Shown here in pieces: positions 1 through 7,269 of a stretch of 32,000 nucleotides of DNA. Both the position numbers and the translations under genes were made by a program. Origin of the DNA: Thermofilum adornatum (lineage in GTDB: Archaea; Thermoproteota; Thermoprotei; Thermofilales; Thermofilaceae); assembly GCF_000446015.1 (NCBI RefSeq), contig NC_022093.1:1410001-1442000 (forward strand). Direction: 5' to 3'. Within the stretch, counting starts at the first letter, position 1. The number at the start of each line of letters is the position of its first letter. Below the pieces are notes generated by a model. That model searched no databases and had not been told where the DNA came from. It worked only from the letters and a program-made list of their open reading frames with translations.

Positions 1-1
1 T

Positions 2-778
2 CCACGCTACCTTGAATTCTTCTCGAAGTGTACAGGAGACGAAGTCGAAAAAGTAATGCTTAACCCCGACATATTGCCCTTCCGCGACGCGAAGCTCATA
101 ATAGAGGAGGAACTGCCCGAGCCGCACCGCTATTTCCAGATACTCGAGGCCATTGCAGGCGGCAGGACAAGGCTAAGCGAGATCTCACACGTTACAGGCA
201 TAGAGCCACACAAGCTACCATACTACCTAGGCGTCCTCAGGGACCTCGGCTACGTCTACTACGAAAAGCCCCTGCTCGAGGGCAAACGCGGCACATACAG
301 GGTCAAGGAGCCTTATTTCGCCTTCTGGCTCAGGTTCATATACCCGTTCTACGAGGAGATAGAGTCGGGACTAAAGACACACGCCGAAACATATTTCCGG
401 AAAAACTTCAACACGTACCTAGGCCAAGTCTTCGAACAAGTCGCAGGAGAACTAGTCCTCCAAAAAATCAAACACACGAGGGCAGGCCGGTGGTGGAAGG
501 GAGACACAGAGATAGACCTCATAGCAATAGACGAGGAAACAGCCAAAGCCTACTTCATAGAATTCAAATACAGCTCCGACGTAGACCCAGAAACCGAGCT
601 AGACAAGCTCAAAAAGAAGACAACACTATTCGGCTGGAAAAAAGACACAAGGAAAGAAGAATACATACTCGTCGCAAAATCATTCAAGAGACAGTCAAGC
701 CAAGCCACAACAATAGACCAACAAAAACTCCACAAAATAGCACTAGAAACCCTAAACAACGAGAGAGAAAAATATTAA
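2..778 (+). CDS. Archaeal ATPase-family protein, C-terminal part only (winged-helix + DUF234-like PD-(D/E)xK module). The 5' end lies outside the window.
   Basis: The frame is open from the window edge (PRYLEFFSKCTGDEVEKV precedes the listed Met at 56). There is a wHTH-like segment RYFQILEAIAGGRTRLSEISHVTG and an endonuclease-like motif EIDLIAID...YFIEFKYS. The architecture is recalled from Arch_ATPase/DUF234 proteins. Confidence 0.6.
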   Translation, partial: PRYLEFFSKCTGDEVEKVMLNPDILPFRDAKLIIEEELPEPHRYFQILEAIAGGRTRLSEISHVTGIEPHKLPYYLGVLRDLGYVYYEKPLLEGKRGTYRVKEPYFAFWLRFIYPFYEEIESGLKTHAETYFRKNFNTYLGQVFEQVAGELVLQKIKHTRAGRWWKGDTEIDLIAIDEETAKAYFIEFKYSSDVDPETELDKLKKKTTLFGWKKDTRKEEYILVAKSFKRQSSQATTIDQQKLHKIALETLNNEREKY

Positions 779-987
779 CAAGCACCCGCTCGGCCTTATA
801 AAGAGCACTTTAGGTTGGTCTCTAAAGAAACAATTAGCACACGCTATTAAATAGTAGAAGATATACAAAAGATGATGTTGTTTTACTTCTCGGGAAAAAA
901 TGTGGCAAGCTCCCAAGGAATAGATCTGGAACTGACCACCTTAAATATATATCAGAGTGATGATTATAGAAAATAGAGAGTGGTCAA

Positions 988-1815
988 ATGATGGAGCTAA
1001 GCGAGCTCAAAACAAAGATACTAGCCCTGCTCAAAACAGACGAAGAATTCCGCTACGCAGTAGCAGGCATGATTGGCTACGACGAGATACTAAAAAGACT
1101 CCAGAAACACGACGAGAAGTTTGAAGAAATAGTCTCTATACTTAATAGGCACGAGGAGATACTTGCAAGACACGAAGAGAAATTCAAAGAAATACTGGCA
1201 CAGCTCAAAGAAATCCGGGAATCCCAAAGCAGGCTAGAAAACCGCGTTAACTCTTTAGACAACCGTGTAGACTCTCTAGAAAAAGGCGTAAACTCCTTAG
1301 ATAAACGTGTGGATTCTCTAGAGAAACGGATAGACTCTTTGGAGAAAAGTGTAAACTCCTTAGAGAAAAAAGTCGACTCTTTAGATAAACGTGTAGGCTC
1401 CTTAGAGGAACGCGTCGATTCATTGGCAAGCGCGATGATAGCAGGCTTCGCCGAGCTAAGCAAGTTCGCAGGCATAACCTTTGAAGAATTCGTAAGAAAA
1501 TTCCTAACAGCAAGCCTCCAAAAGTCAGGCCAGATACCCCAGGGATTAGAGCTCACAAGAAAAGTCATAGACAGCGAAGAAATAGACATCTTCCTAGAAG
1601 ACCCCCTCATAGTTGGCGAAGTAACAGCACACGCAGATACACCCCAGGAAGCCGACAAGCTCCTCAAAAAAGCAGAACTAGCAAAAACAAGGTACGCAAA
1701 GGAGCCCAAAAAAATACTAGTAATCCTCACAGCCAAAAGAGACGTAGCCCAAGAAATACAGAGAAAAGCAAAAGAGAAAAACATAGAACTAATAATAGGA
1801 AGAATAATAGACTAG
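988..1815 (+). CDS. Coiled-coil protein with nine perfect heptads and a C-terminal PD-(D/E)xK-like domain. Paralog of 12079-12729.
   Basis: 275-aa ORF. The N-terminus LLKTDEEFRYAVAGMIGYDEILKRLQKHDEKF aligns with LLDEDREFRLMVAGKLGYGDVLRRLERHDRKF of the minus-strand paralog. Heptads read NRVNSLD/NRVDSLE/KGVNSLD and so on. The C-terminus reads EIDIFLED..LIVGEVTAH. Confidence 0.7.
   Translation: MMELSELKTKILALLKTDEEFRYAVAGMIGYDEILKRLQKHDEKFEEIVSILNRHEEILARHEEKFKEILAQLKEIRESQSRLENRVNSLDNRVDSLEKGVNSLDKRVDSLEKRIDSLEKSVNSLEKKVDSLDKRVGSLEERVDSLASAMIAGFAELSKFAGITFEEFVRKFLTASLQKSGQIPQGLELTRKVIDSEEIDIFLEDPLIVGEVTAHADTPQEADKLLKKAELAKTRYAKEPKKILVILTAKRDVAQEIQRKAKEKNIELIIGRIID
1240..1428 (+). repeat. Tandem array of 9 x 21 bp encoding the heptads x-R-V-[DN]-S-L-[ED].
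   Basis: Units read directly from the sequence: aaccgcgttaactctttagac, aaccgtgtagactctctagaa, aaaggcgtaaactccttagat, aaacgtgtggattctctagag, aaacggatagactctttggag, aaaagtgtaaactccttagag, aaaaaagtcgactctttagat, aaacgtgtaggctccttagag, gaacgcgtcgattcattggca. Confidence 0.9.
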
Positions 1816-2005
1816 CCCCAAAAGCCCTAAGCTCCCTCAACACGACGACATATCAAAATCTAAAAAGCCCTGAGAAAATCTCTAAAACTTTTATCTTTTA
1901 AGTCCCCTAATGAACTTCTTTCGCTGACAGAACCACTGTATTCTTACCCTTAATCCAATGGAAAGAAAGCTTTTTGACTATATGCTGAAGTAATAAAAGG
2001 GATTC

Positions 2006-2842
2006 ATGGACAGATCAACTCGTACCATACTTGGGGCGATCGACCTTCTTCGTCCTGGAAACTGCCTAATAATCGGTTTCGCCGCCCTAGTGGGCTACAC
2101 GATTGGAGGAGGAAGCGACCCCTTAAAAGCGTCTCTACTGTTTCTGGGCGCCGCCATGCTTGGAGCCTGGGGGAACATTATAAACGACTTTTTCGACTTG
2201 GAGGTCGACAAGGTAAATAAGCCTTGGAGACCGTTGGCCAGAGGCATAATCACTCCACGGCAAGGTCTAACATTAGGGCTTCTTCTCGCCTCCCTTGGGA
2301 TCGCCTCAAGCATATCCGTGTCACTGGTGTGCGGGGCCCTAGCAGTAGCTAGTTTCCTCTTACTTTTCATTTACTCGTGGAGAGCCAAGAGTAGTGGTCT
2401 CCCAGGAAATATCCTAGTATCTCTCCTTTCTGCCCTAAACATCATTTATGGAGGAGTTGCATCTCCAAAACCACAGCTATCAATTCTCCCAAGCATCTAC
2501 GCATTCACGATTATTCTTGGACGAGAACTCGCGAAAAGCCTAGAAGACATAAAGGGCGACGCCGAGGCCGGCATAAAGACAATAGCCGTCCAACATGGTC
2601 CCAGGACGGCCATACAGGCGAGCGGAGCTGTCCTTCTAGCCCTTGTAGCAATAAGCCCCCTCCCGGCACTCTTCCTCGGCTACAGCACGAGATACCTCGC
2701 CCTCGCCCTTCTAGGCGTAGACCTGCCGATACTCTACTCACTACGACTGCTATGGAGGAACCCAGTAGCCAATGCATGGAGAGCCACCAGGATACTGAAA
2801 ATCCCCCTATTTATGGGTCTACTCGCATTCCTCCTCGGGTGA
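2006..2842 (+). CDS. UbiA-family polyprenyltransferase, possibly digeranylgeranylglyceryl-phosphate synthase-like.
   Basis: 278-aa polytopic membrane ORF. It carries the first Asp-rich UbiA motif NIINDFFDLEVDKVNKPWRPLARG, and the second acidic region ELAKSLEDIKGDAEAG. Confidence 0.75.
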   Translation: MDRSTRTILGAIDLLRPGNCLIIGFAALVGYTIGGGSDPLKASLLFLGAAMLGAWGNIINDFFDLEVDKVNKPWRPLARGIITPRQGLTLGLLLASLGIASSISVSLVCGALAVASFLLLFIYSWRAKSSGLPGNILVSLLSALNIIYGGVASPKPQLSILPSIYAFTIILGRELAKSLEDIKGDAEAGIKTIAVQHGPRTAIQASGAVLLALVAISPLPALFLGYSTRYLALALLGVDLPILYSLRLLWRNPVANAWRATRILKIPLFMGLLAFLLG

Positions 2843-2846
2843 AACC

Positions 2847-3440
2847 ATGAAAAGCGAAGTCTCAGCAGAGCTCAAGAGGAAAAGCATACATGTAATACCA
2901 GGCTTCCTAGCATACCCAGTAATCATCTGGATAGGCAGGCTAGCGGGGGTCATCATCTCTGCATTCTTCCTCCTACTCTACACCCTCAACGAGATATCCC
3001 TAAGGAAAGGCCTCAACATTAAAGTCCCAATAGCATACGACACCTACAAGATAATGGCCCGCCCAGAAGAAAGACAAGGCAGATACTTCACAGGCACAAT
3101 CTACTTCTGGCTCCTAACCCTCATCACAATAATCCTCCTAGAACCCCGTCGCGCAGTAGCGGCAATAATGATATCAAGCCTCGGAGACGCGGCCGCCGCG
3201 ATAACAGGAAAAGCAATAGATGGACCAAGATGGCCATTCAACAAGAGAAAGACACTTTCCGGATCCCTAGCAATGCTAGCTACAAGCATATCTTCCTGCC
3301 TCATAGTTGGCCTACAGCTCCCAACCTCACTCCTAGCGTCACTGACAGCTACAGCCATTGAAGCCTCTACCAGAACCTCTGTACTAGACGAGCTCACAGT
3401 CCCCCTGGCACTACTCCTAATCCTACTATTCTCCCCATAA
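2847..3440 (+). CDS. CTP-dependent polyprenol (dolichol/phytol) kinase / cytidylyltransferase-family membrane protein.
   Basis: 197-aa membrane ORF starting 4 nt after the UbiA stop. Family-typical motifs are ELKRKSIHV, GDAAAAITGKAIDG...KRKTLSGSLAML and ATAIEAS...LDELTVPL. Confidence 0.6.
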   Translation: MKSEVSAELKRKSIHVIPGFLAYPVIIWIGRLAGVIISAFFLLLYTLNEISLRKGLNIKVPIAYDTYKIMARPEERQGRYFTGTIYFWLLTLITIILLEPRRAVAAIMISSLGDAAAAITGKAIDGPRWPFNKRKTLSGSLAMLATSISSCLIVGLQLPTSLLASLTATAIEASTRTSVLDELTVPLALLLILLFSP

Positions 3441-3703
3441 ACCCATCTCACACCTCTCTGCAACTAATTTTCGTAAAAACCACTGCGACCCTTGATTAAG
3501 GTTAAGTAAGACCTAGAGAAATTCAATTGAGAAAAATAACTAGTGGATGTTTATAATCATTTAATACATCCCGAGAAAAGTCAGCGTCTATATAGATGCA
3601 ATCACCTTTAAAAGGCATTTAGAGAAAGCCTTAATTTGGAAAATCAAAAAGCCTAATCCCTAGCCAGCTTTTTAAGTCTGAAAGCAATTTATAATGTTAG
3701 AAT

Positions 3704-4234
3704 ATGGCAGTTGTGGTCCCCAGGAGGATCGCTGAGGAGCTCCAGAAGAGAGGCATCGACGCAGAGTCACTCATAATTGACTATCTTGCAAGGCTACTAC
3801 AACTAGACCCCGAAGCAACGGCCCAGTCCCACCTCGAACTAGCATTAAGATATCTAGAAGAGGGAAAAAGGCTCATAGAGAAAGATCCCGCCCAGTCAAG
3901 CGAAAAACTCTACAAAGCGGCAGAAGAGTCCGTCAAAGCCCTTGCAACATACCTTAACCTCAAAGAAATCCTCGAAGACGTCGAGAAAAATGGAAGATGG
4001 AGCATTGCTAGACTCGAAAAAGCCGTAGTAAAAATCTCACAGAAACTAGGATCCCAGTTCAGGTCATGGTGGGACACCGCATGGGCATTACACGTCTGGG
4101 GCTTCCACGAGGCAAAACTTGACACAGAAGACGTAAGAATGAGACTCCTTGACATCGAGAGCATAGTTCTGGAGGCACAAAAAATAATCGAGGGTGACAA
4201 GCAAACTACGAAACCAATGCGCAGAAACCAGTAA
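3704..4234 (+). CDS. PaREP1-family protein, copy 1.
   Basis: 176 aa. It is about 65-70% identical by eye to the 11294-11791 product (HLELALRYLEEGK, SEKLYKAAEESVKAL, WDTAWALHVWGFHEAK). The family name is recalled from Pyrobaculum PaREP1 proteins. Confidence 0.75.
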   Translation: MAVVVPRRIAEELQKRGIDAESLIIDYLARLLQLDPEATAQSHLELALRYLEEGKRLIEKDPAQSSEKLYKAAEESVKALATYLNLKEILEDVEKNGRWSIARLEKAVVKISQKLGSQFRSWWDTAWALHVWGFHEAKLDTEDVRMRLLDIESIVLEAQKIIEGDKQTTKPMRRNQ

Positions 4235-4378
4235 AGAGTCTAAAATAACTAAATCACATAGATAGCGCACTCCAACATGCCACCACACGAAAAGACCACA
4301 CAAAGACACTTTCAAAATCTAAATACACAAATTTGGGTTTTGTTCTTTTAGGTAGATTTTAATAACTGTGCGAACCAC

Positions 4379-5185
4379 TTGAACCATAGGTTTCATTCCG
4401 TGGATGTTTTCGAGAGAATCAAGAAGCAGTTCAGCCTAGTGGAGGAACTCGTAGAAGAGATGGAAACAGAAAACAGTTATAGGGGACTAGAGAGGCTAAT
4501 CCAGCTAACCATACAGGCCCCTCTCGATCTTGGTCTAATGGTAATTTCTGCTCTGGGACGCCAGAGGCCTAGAGCATATTCCGAGATAGGCTACATTTTG
4601 AGGGATCTCGGGATCCTAGATGAAGAGGACGCCTCCAAGCTGAGGTCTATGGCTGGTCTAAGAAACATCCTTGTACGTGCCTATGCAGACGTTGGCAGGG
4701 AAAAGGTATCTACCTTTGCAGAGAGGCTCAAAACAGATGCTCCAAGAATAGCTTCCATAATAATGAGACGCCTCGAAACCAAGCCCATAGACCCCCTAAG
4801 CGAAGACACGGACTCGCTAGTGGAAAAGCTGAGGCAAGTGTTGAAGGGCAGAGTTGCCATTGCCCTCCTCTACGGCGGCAGGACAAAGGGCTACATACTA
4901 AAAGGAGACTACGACATAGCAGTCCTCATGGAGCCACGATGCGATCTCTACAAGCTCGGAGAGCTAGCCGTAGACATAGCCGAGGCACTCGGAGTCCCCG
5001 AAGAAAAGGTAGACATCGTCTGCCTCGATTCCCTGTCCCCAGAACACGCCTTAGAGGCTCTAGACGGGAAGCCAATAATCGTGGAAAGCCCTGCCCAACT
5101 ATTCGAGTTAAAGCACAGGGTCATGATCCAGCTACTAGACCTCGAAGAAGACATGAAAACTATCGAAAACTTAGTTACAAAATAG
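4379..5185 (+). CDS. Single-chain HepT (DUF86/HEPN)-MNT (minimal nucleotidyltransferase) fusion protein.
   Basis: The N-terminal half has the DUF86 pattern LERLIQLTIQAPLDLG...MAGLRNILVRAY. The C-terminal half has the MNT pattern LLYGGRTKGYILKGDYDIAVL. The start is uncertain: TTG at 4379 or GTG at 4400. Confidence 0.7.
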   Translation: MNHRFHSVDVFERIKKQFSLVEELVEEMETENSYRGLERLIQLTIQAPLDLGLMVISALGRQRPRAYSEIGYILRDLGILDEEDASKLRSMAGLRNILVRAYADVGREKVSTFAERLKTDAPRIASIIMRRLETKPIDPLSEDTDSLVEKLRQVLKGRVAIALLYGGRTKGYILKGDYDIAVLMEPRCDLYKLGELAVDIAEALGVPEEKVDIVCLDSLSPEHALEALDGKPIIVESPAQLFELKHRVMIQLLDLEEDMKTIENLVTK

Positions 5186-5207
5186 TTCTTTTCTCCACTT
5201 TTCCTCC
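5186..5207 (+). terminator. T-rich tract immediately after the HepT-MNT stop codon, a possible archaeal oligo-T terminator.
   Basis: The sequence ttcttttctccacttttcctcc follows the TAG at 5183-5185 directly. Confidence 0.3.
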
Positions 5208-5390
5208 TAAAGCTTGGCTTTTCACAAAAGAATTCACACTTCGCCTCTCACAACTTACCCAAGGATAAGCTACACCTTAGCCACTTCTCCAAAAGCTTCC
5301 AGGGTGCGCGCGCTCCATCGATACATATATGTCTCAGAGGACAAAAAACAGGGTAAGACTAAACCTATGAATGAAGCCACCTAGAAAAAA

Positions 5391-5397
5391 TTTATAA
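5391..5397 (+). promoter_or_regulatory. TATA box for 5421-5822, with spacing that fits a leaderless transcript.
   Basis: TTTATAA is preceded by a purine-rich BRE-like agaaaaaa. Its centre is about 27 nt upstream of the ATG, the same spacing as in the paralog at 17571. Confidence 0.45.
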
Positions 5398-5420
5398 TTT
5401 CCTAAATAGTTTCAGCTTGT

Positions 5421-5822
5421 ATGCCGTCCTCTACCTCTGCGCCTGTGCCTCCAACGCTTTCTCAGATCCAAATCACGCCTAGCCTCGTTTCCGCCGCCTA
5501 CAAGCGTTCGCTGAGGTTCGGAGCCTTCTGGAGGCTCAGGCCGGAGGAGAGGGCAATCCTCCTTTTGGCTAGGAGGCTTAAAGCTATTAAAAGCCCAGCC
5601 CTACGCGAGGCAATACTCAGGATCCTCGAGAAAGTCTGGCCCTCCAAGGCAACAATGATAAAGGCCTATGAGGAGGGCCTAAAACTATTAGCCAAAAAGA
5701 TCCAGCTGGCGCTCGCTATTGGAGCTGTACAAGTAGCTGAAGCCCTTAGGAGGGCGACCCATGGCATAGTCCTGGCGCTAGGTTACTCCTATCAAAACAC
5801 ACCCCTATTCTACAGAGGTTAA
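5421..5822 (+). CDS. Conserved hypothetical protein of 133 aa, paralog A.
   Basis: It is about 75% identical to the 17602-18003 product. Both are 133 aa, both end in NTPLFYRG, and both begin with an S/P-rich APVPPT segment. I do not recognise the family. Confidence 0.7.
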   Translation: MPSSTSAPVPPTLSQIQITPSLVSAAYKRSLRFGAFWRLRPEERAILLLARRLKAIKSPALREAILRILEKVWPSKATMIKAYEEGLKLLAKKIQLALAIGAVQVAEALRRATHGIVLALGYSYQNTPLFYRG

Positions 5823-5835
5823 GCATGGGGGTAAA

Positions 5836-5928
5836 GAGATAAAGTTCACTGCACATGCCGAAGAAAAGCTCAAACGATTAAAGAACCTAGGAGTTACAAA
5901 GGAGAAAATACTAAAAGTCCTTAGCAAT
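5836..5928 (+). pseudogene. Possible decayed fragment of a small DUF4258-like toxin gene.
   Basis: It translates to EIKFTAHAEEKLKRLKNLGVTKEKILKVLSN, resembling the N-terminus of small 'xxFTxHAxxRLxxRgIt' proteins. There is no in-frame start and the reading frame appears to break after about 31 codons. Confidence 0.25.
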
Positions 5929-6113
5929 CGGGGTACTCAAAGATATTCTCGAGGAAATCATCAAAGCCCCAAAAAGAGAAATTGTAGAAATAACTTAGAA
6001 CGAGACCATCACATCTGAAGAACCATAACGCCCTTTGGATTCCCAATTTCTACGCGCTGTCTTCATCAAGATCGACACCAGTAGAATCAGCTTTGGCACG
6101 TCCAAACGCAGAA

Positions 6114-6123
6114 TTCTTAAAAA
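6114..6123 (+). promoter_or_regulatory. TATA-like box for the ATPase/TOPRIM pair.
   Basis: ttcttaaaaa is centred about 30 nt upstream of the GTG start at 6148. Confidence 0.35.
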
Positions 6124-6147
6124 CCAGCCAAACAAACTAAACACAAA

Positions 6148-7266
6148 GTGTCCAAATTGATAGAGTCAATCACAATCAAAAACCTAAGAGGAATCAAGCA
6201 ATGCACAGTAAACAACCTAACAGACATAAATATCTTTATAGGTAAAAACGGCGCAGGCAAATCCACAATACTAGAAGCAATCTACCTCGCCTCGTCCTGG
6301 GCAGAGCCAGAAGACCAAATAAGAGACATGCCAAAACACGAATATGTCATATCAAGGAGAGGTGGCAGAGGAAAATGGACAACTTACAAACATACACTCT
6401 GGTTCAACAAAAAAACCGATGAAGAGATCGAGATAAACTTCAACTTCAAATCCCAAAACAAACCAAACGAGTTGATATTTAAGCTTCCATACATGTATAA
6501 TCCTTCAAAAGTTGACTCTCCTGTATTAATTGAAGTTTCACGGCAGAGAATCCCTGAAATTGCTGAATACCACCACGCCCGAAAGCTATATCTCTCTAGC
6601 ACCGGCGATGCATGGAACCCTAAAACAAAAACTAGCTACAAAACCAGCCTCAAGGAAAAAGTTCTTTCATTTGCCGCGGAAGAGATAACGTACCTTGAAA
6701 ACGCAGTTCTACTCGATAACAGGTTCACGGTGAGCCAGCTCGAGCAAAAGGTGTGGGGAAAGATATTCGACAAGAGGCTTGACAAAGAAATACTAGAATT
6801 TATACGAGAGGAATACGAGCCCACAGCTGAAAGTATCCTCTATAAGCCAAGTGGTGAAGGCTTTGTACTCGCGTTCGCCCTGCCACAAACAACAGTAGAA
6901 ATAGACTCTCTGGGAGACGGCGCAAGAATGGCGATACTATACGCGTCCCCCCTACTCCTAGCAAGCGACACAGCCGTCCTAATAGAAGACCCCGAGGCAC
7001 ACCAGCACCCCGGAGGCCTAGCTACATTCACGAGGTTCGCATTCAAAACGGCGAAAAAGCAACGCCTACAGCTGTTCATCACGACACATAGTATCGAGCT
7101 CTTAAACATCGCAAAAGAAATCTCAAAAGAGCTGGGCCTAGGCCTGAGAATCTATTACATGGAGAGAGGCAAAGACGGCTACGTAGACGTACGAGCCATA
7201 GAGGAGCCGGACCTTGAAACCCTCCAGAAAATAGGACTAGACCCAAGAATGCTCCACATACTATAA
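6148..7266 (+). CDS. ABC/SMC-type ATPase (AAA_15/AAA_21-like), similar to the ATPase of OLD/PARIS-type systems.
   Basis: 372 aa with a GTG start. Motifs are Walker A GKNGAGKST, signature-like SLGDGARMA, Walker B/D-loop AVLIEDPEAHQHP and H-loop FITTHS. Confidence 0.8.
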   Translation: MSKLIESITIKNLRGIKQCTVNNLTDINIFIGKNGAGKSTILEAIYLASSWAEPEDQIRDMPKHEYVISRRGGRGKWTTYKHTLWFNKKTDEEIEINFNFKSQNKPNELIFKLPYMYNPSKVDSPVLIEVSRQRIPEIAEYHHARKLYLSSTGDAWNPKTKTSYKTSLKEKVLSFAAEEITYLENAVLLDNRFTVSQLEQKVWGKIFDKRLDKEILEFIREEYEPTAESILYKPSGEGFVLAFALPQTTVEIDSLGDGARMAILYASPLLLASDTAVLIEDPEAHQHPGGLATFTRFAFKTAKKQRLQLFITTHSIELLNIAKEISKELGLGLRIYYMERGKDGYVDVRAIEEPDLETLQKIGLDPRMLHIL

Positions 7267-7269
7267 GCT

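Noticed and set aside
490-801. Highly basic alternative-frame ORFs, such as 490-801, 4939-5268, 7356-7553, 17115-17471, 20376-20639 and 21674-22000.
   Set aside because: They are R/K/P/Q-rich translations produced by reading the A/C-rich coding strand out of frame. All are nested in well-supported genes.
956-1000. GTGATGA and ATGATGG strings resembling C and C' boxes of a C/D-box sRNA.
   Set aside because: There are no CTGA D or D' boxes at the required spacing, and the segment overlaps the promoter and start of the 988 gene.
1240-1428. Regular short tandem repeats that could superficially suggest a CRISPR array.
   Set aside because: The units are contiguous 21-mers with no spacers. They lie in-frame within a long ORF and encode a coiled-coil heptad, so this is not a CRISPR. 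No repeat-spacer structure was seen anywhere in the window.
1077-1784. Long antisense or alternative-frame ORFs listed in the track. Examples are 1077-1784(-), 7308-7973(-), 10441-11016(+), 12302-12937(+), 16378-16776(-), 27413-28150(+) and 31261-31788(-).
   Set aside because: Each lies entirely inside a better-supported gene on the other strand or frame. Their translations are low-complexity (S/L/R/P-rich) with no motifs. They are the expected shadow ORFs of biased, repeat-rich or GC-rich coding sequence.
5300-5315. Recurrent GCGCGC hexamers near gene ends. Examples are at about 5306, 9477-9490, 11793, 13150, 17526, 23795 and 31043.
   Set aside because: The same hexamer also occurs inside coding regions, for example at about 26188, 27465, 30357 and 31390. 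That frequency is roughly what is expected for this base composition. There is no consistent flanking context.
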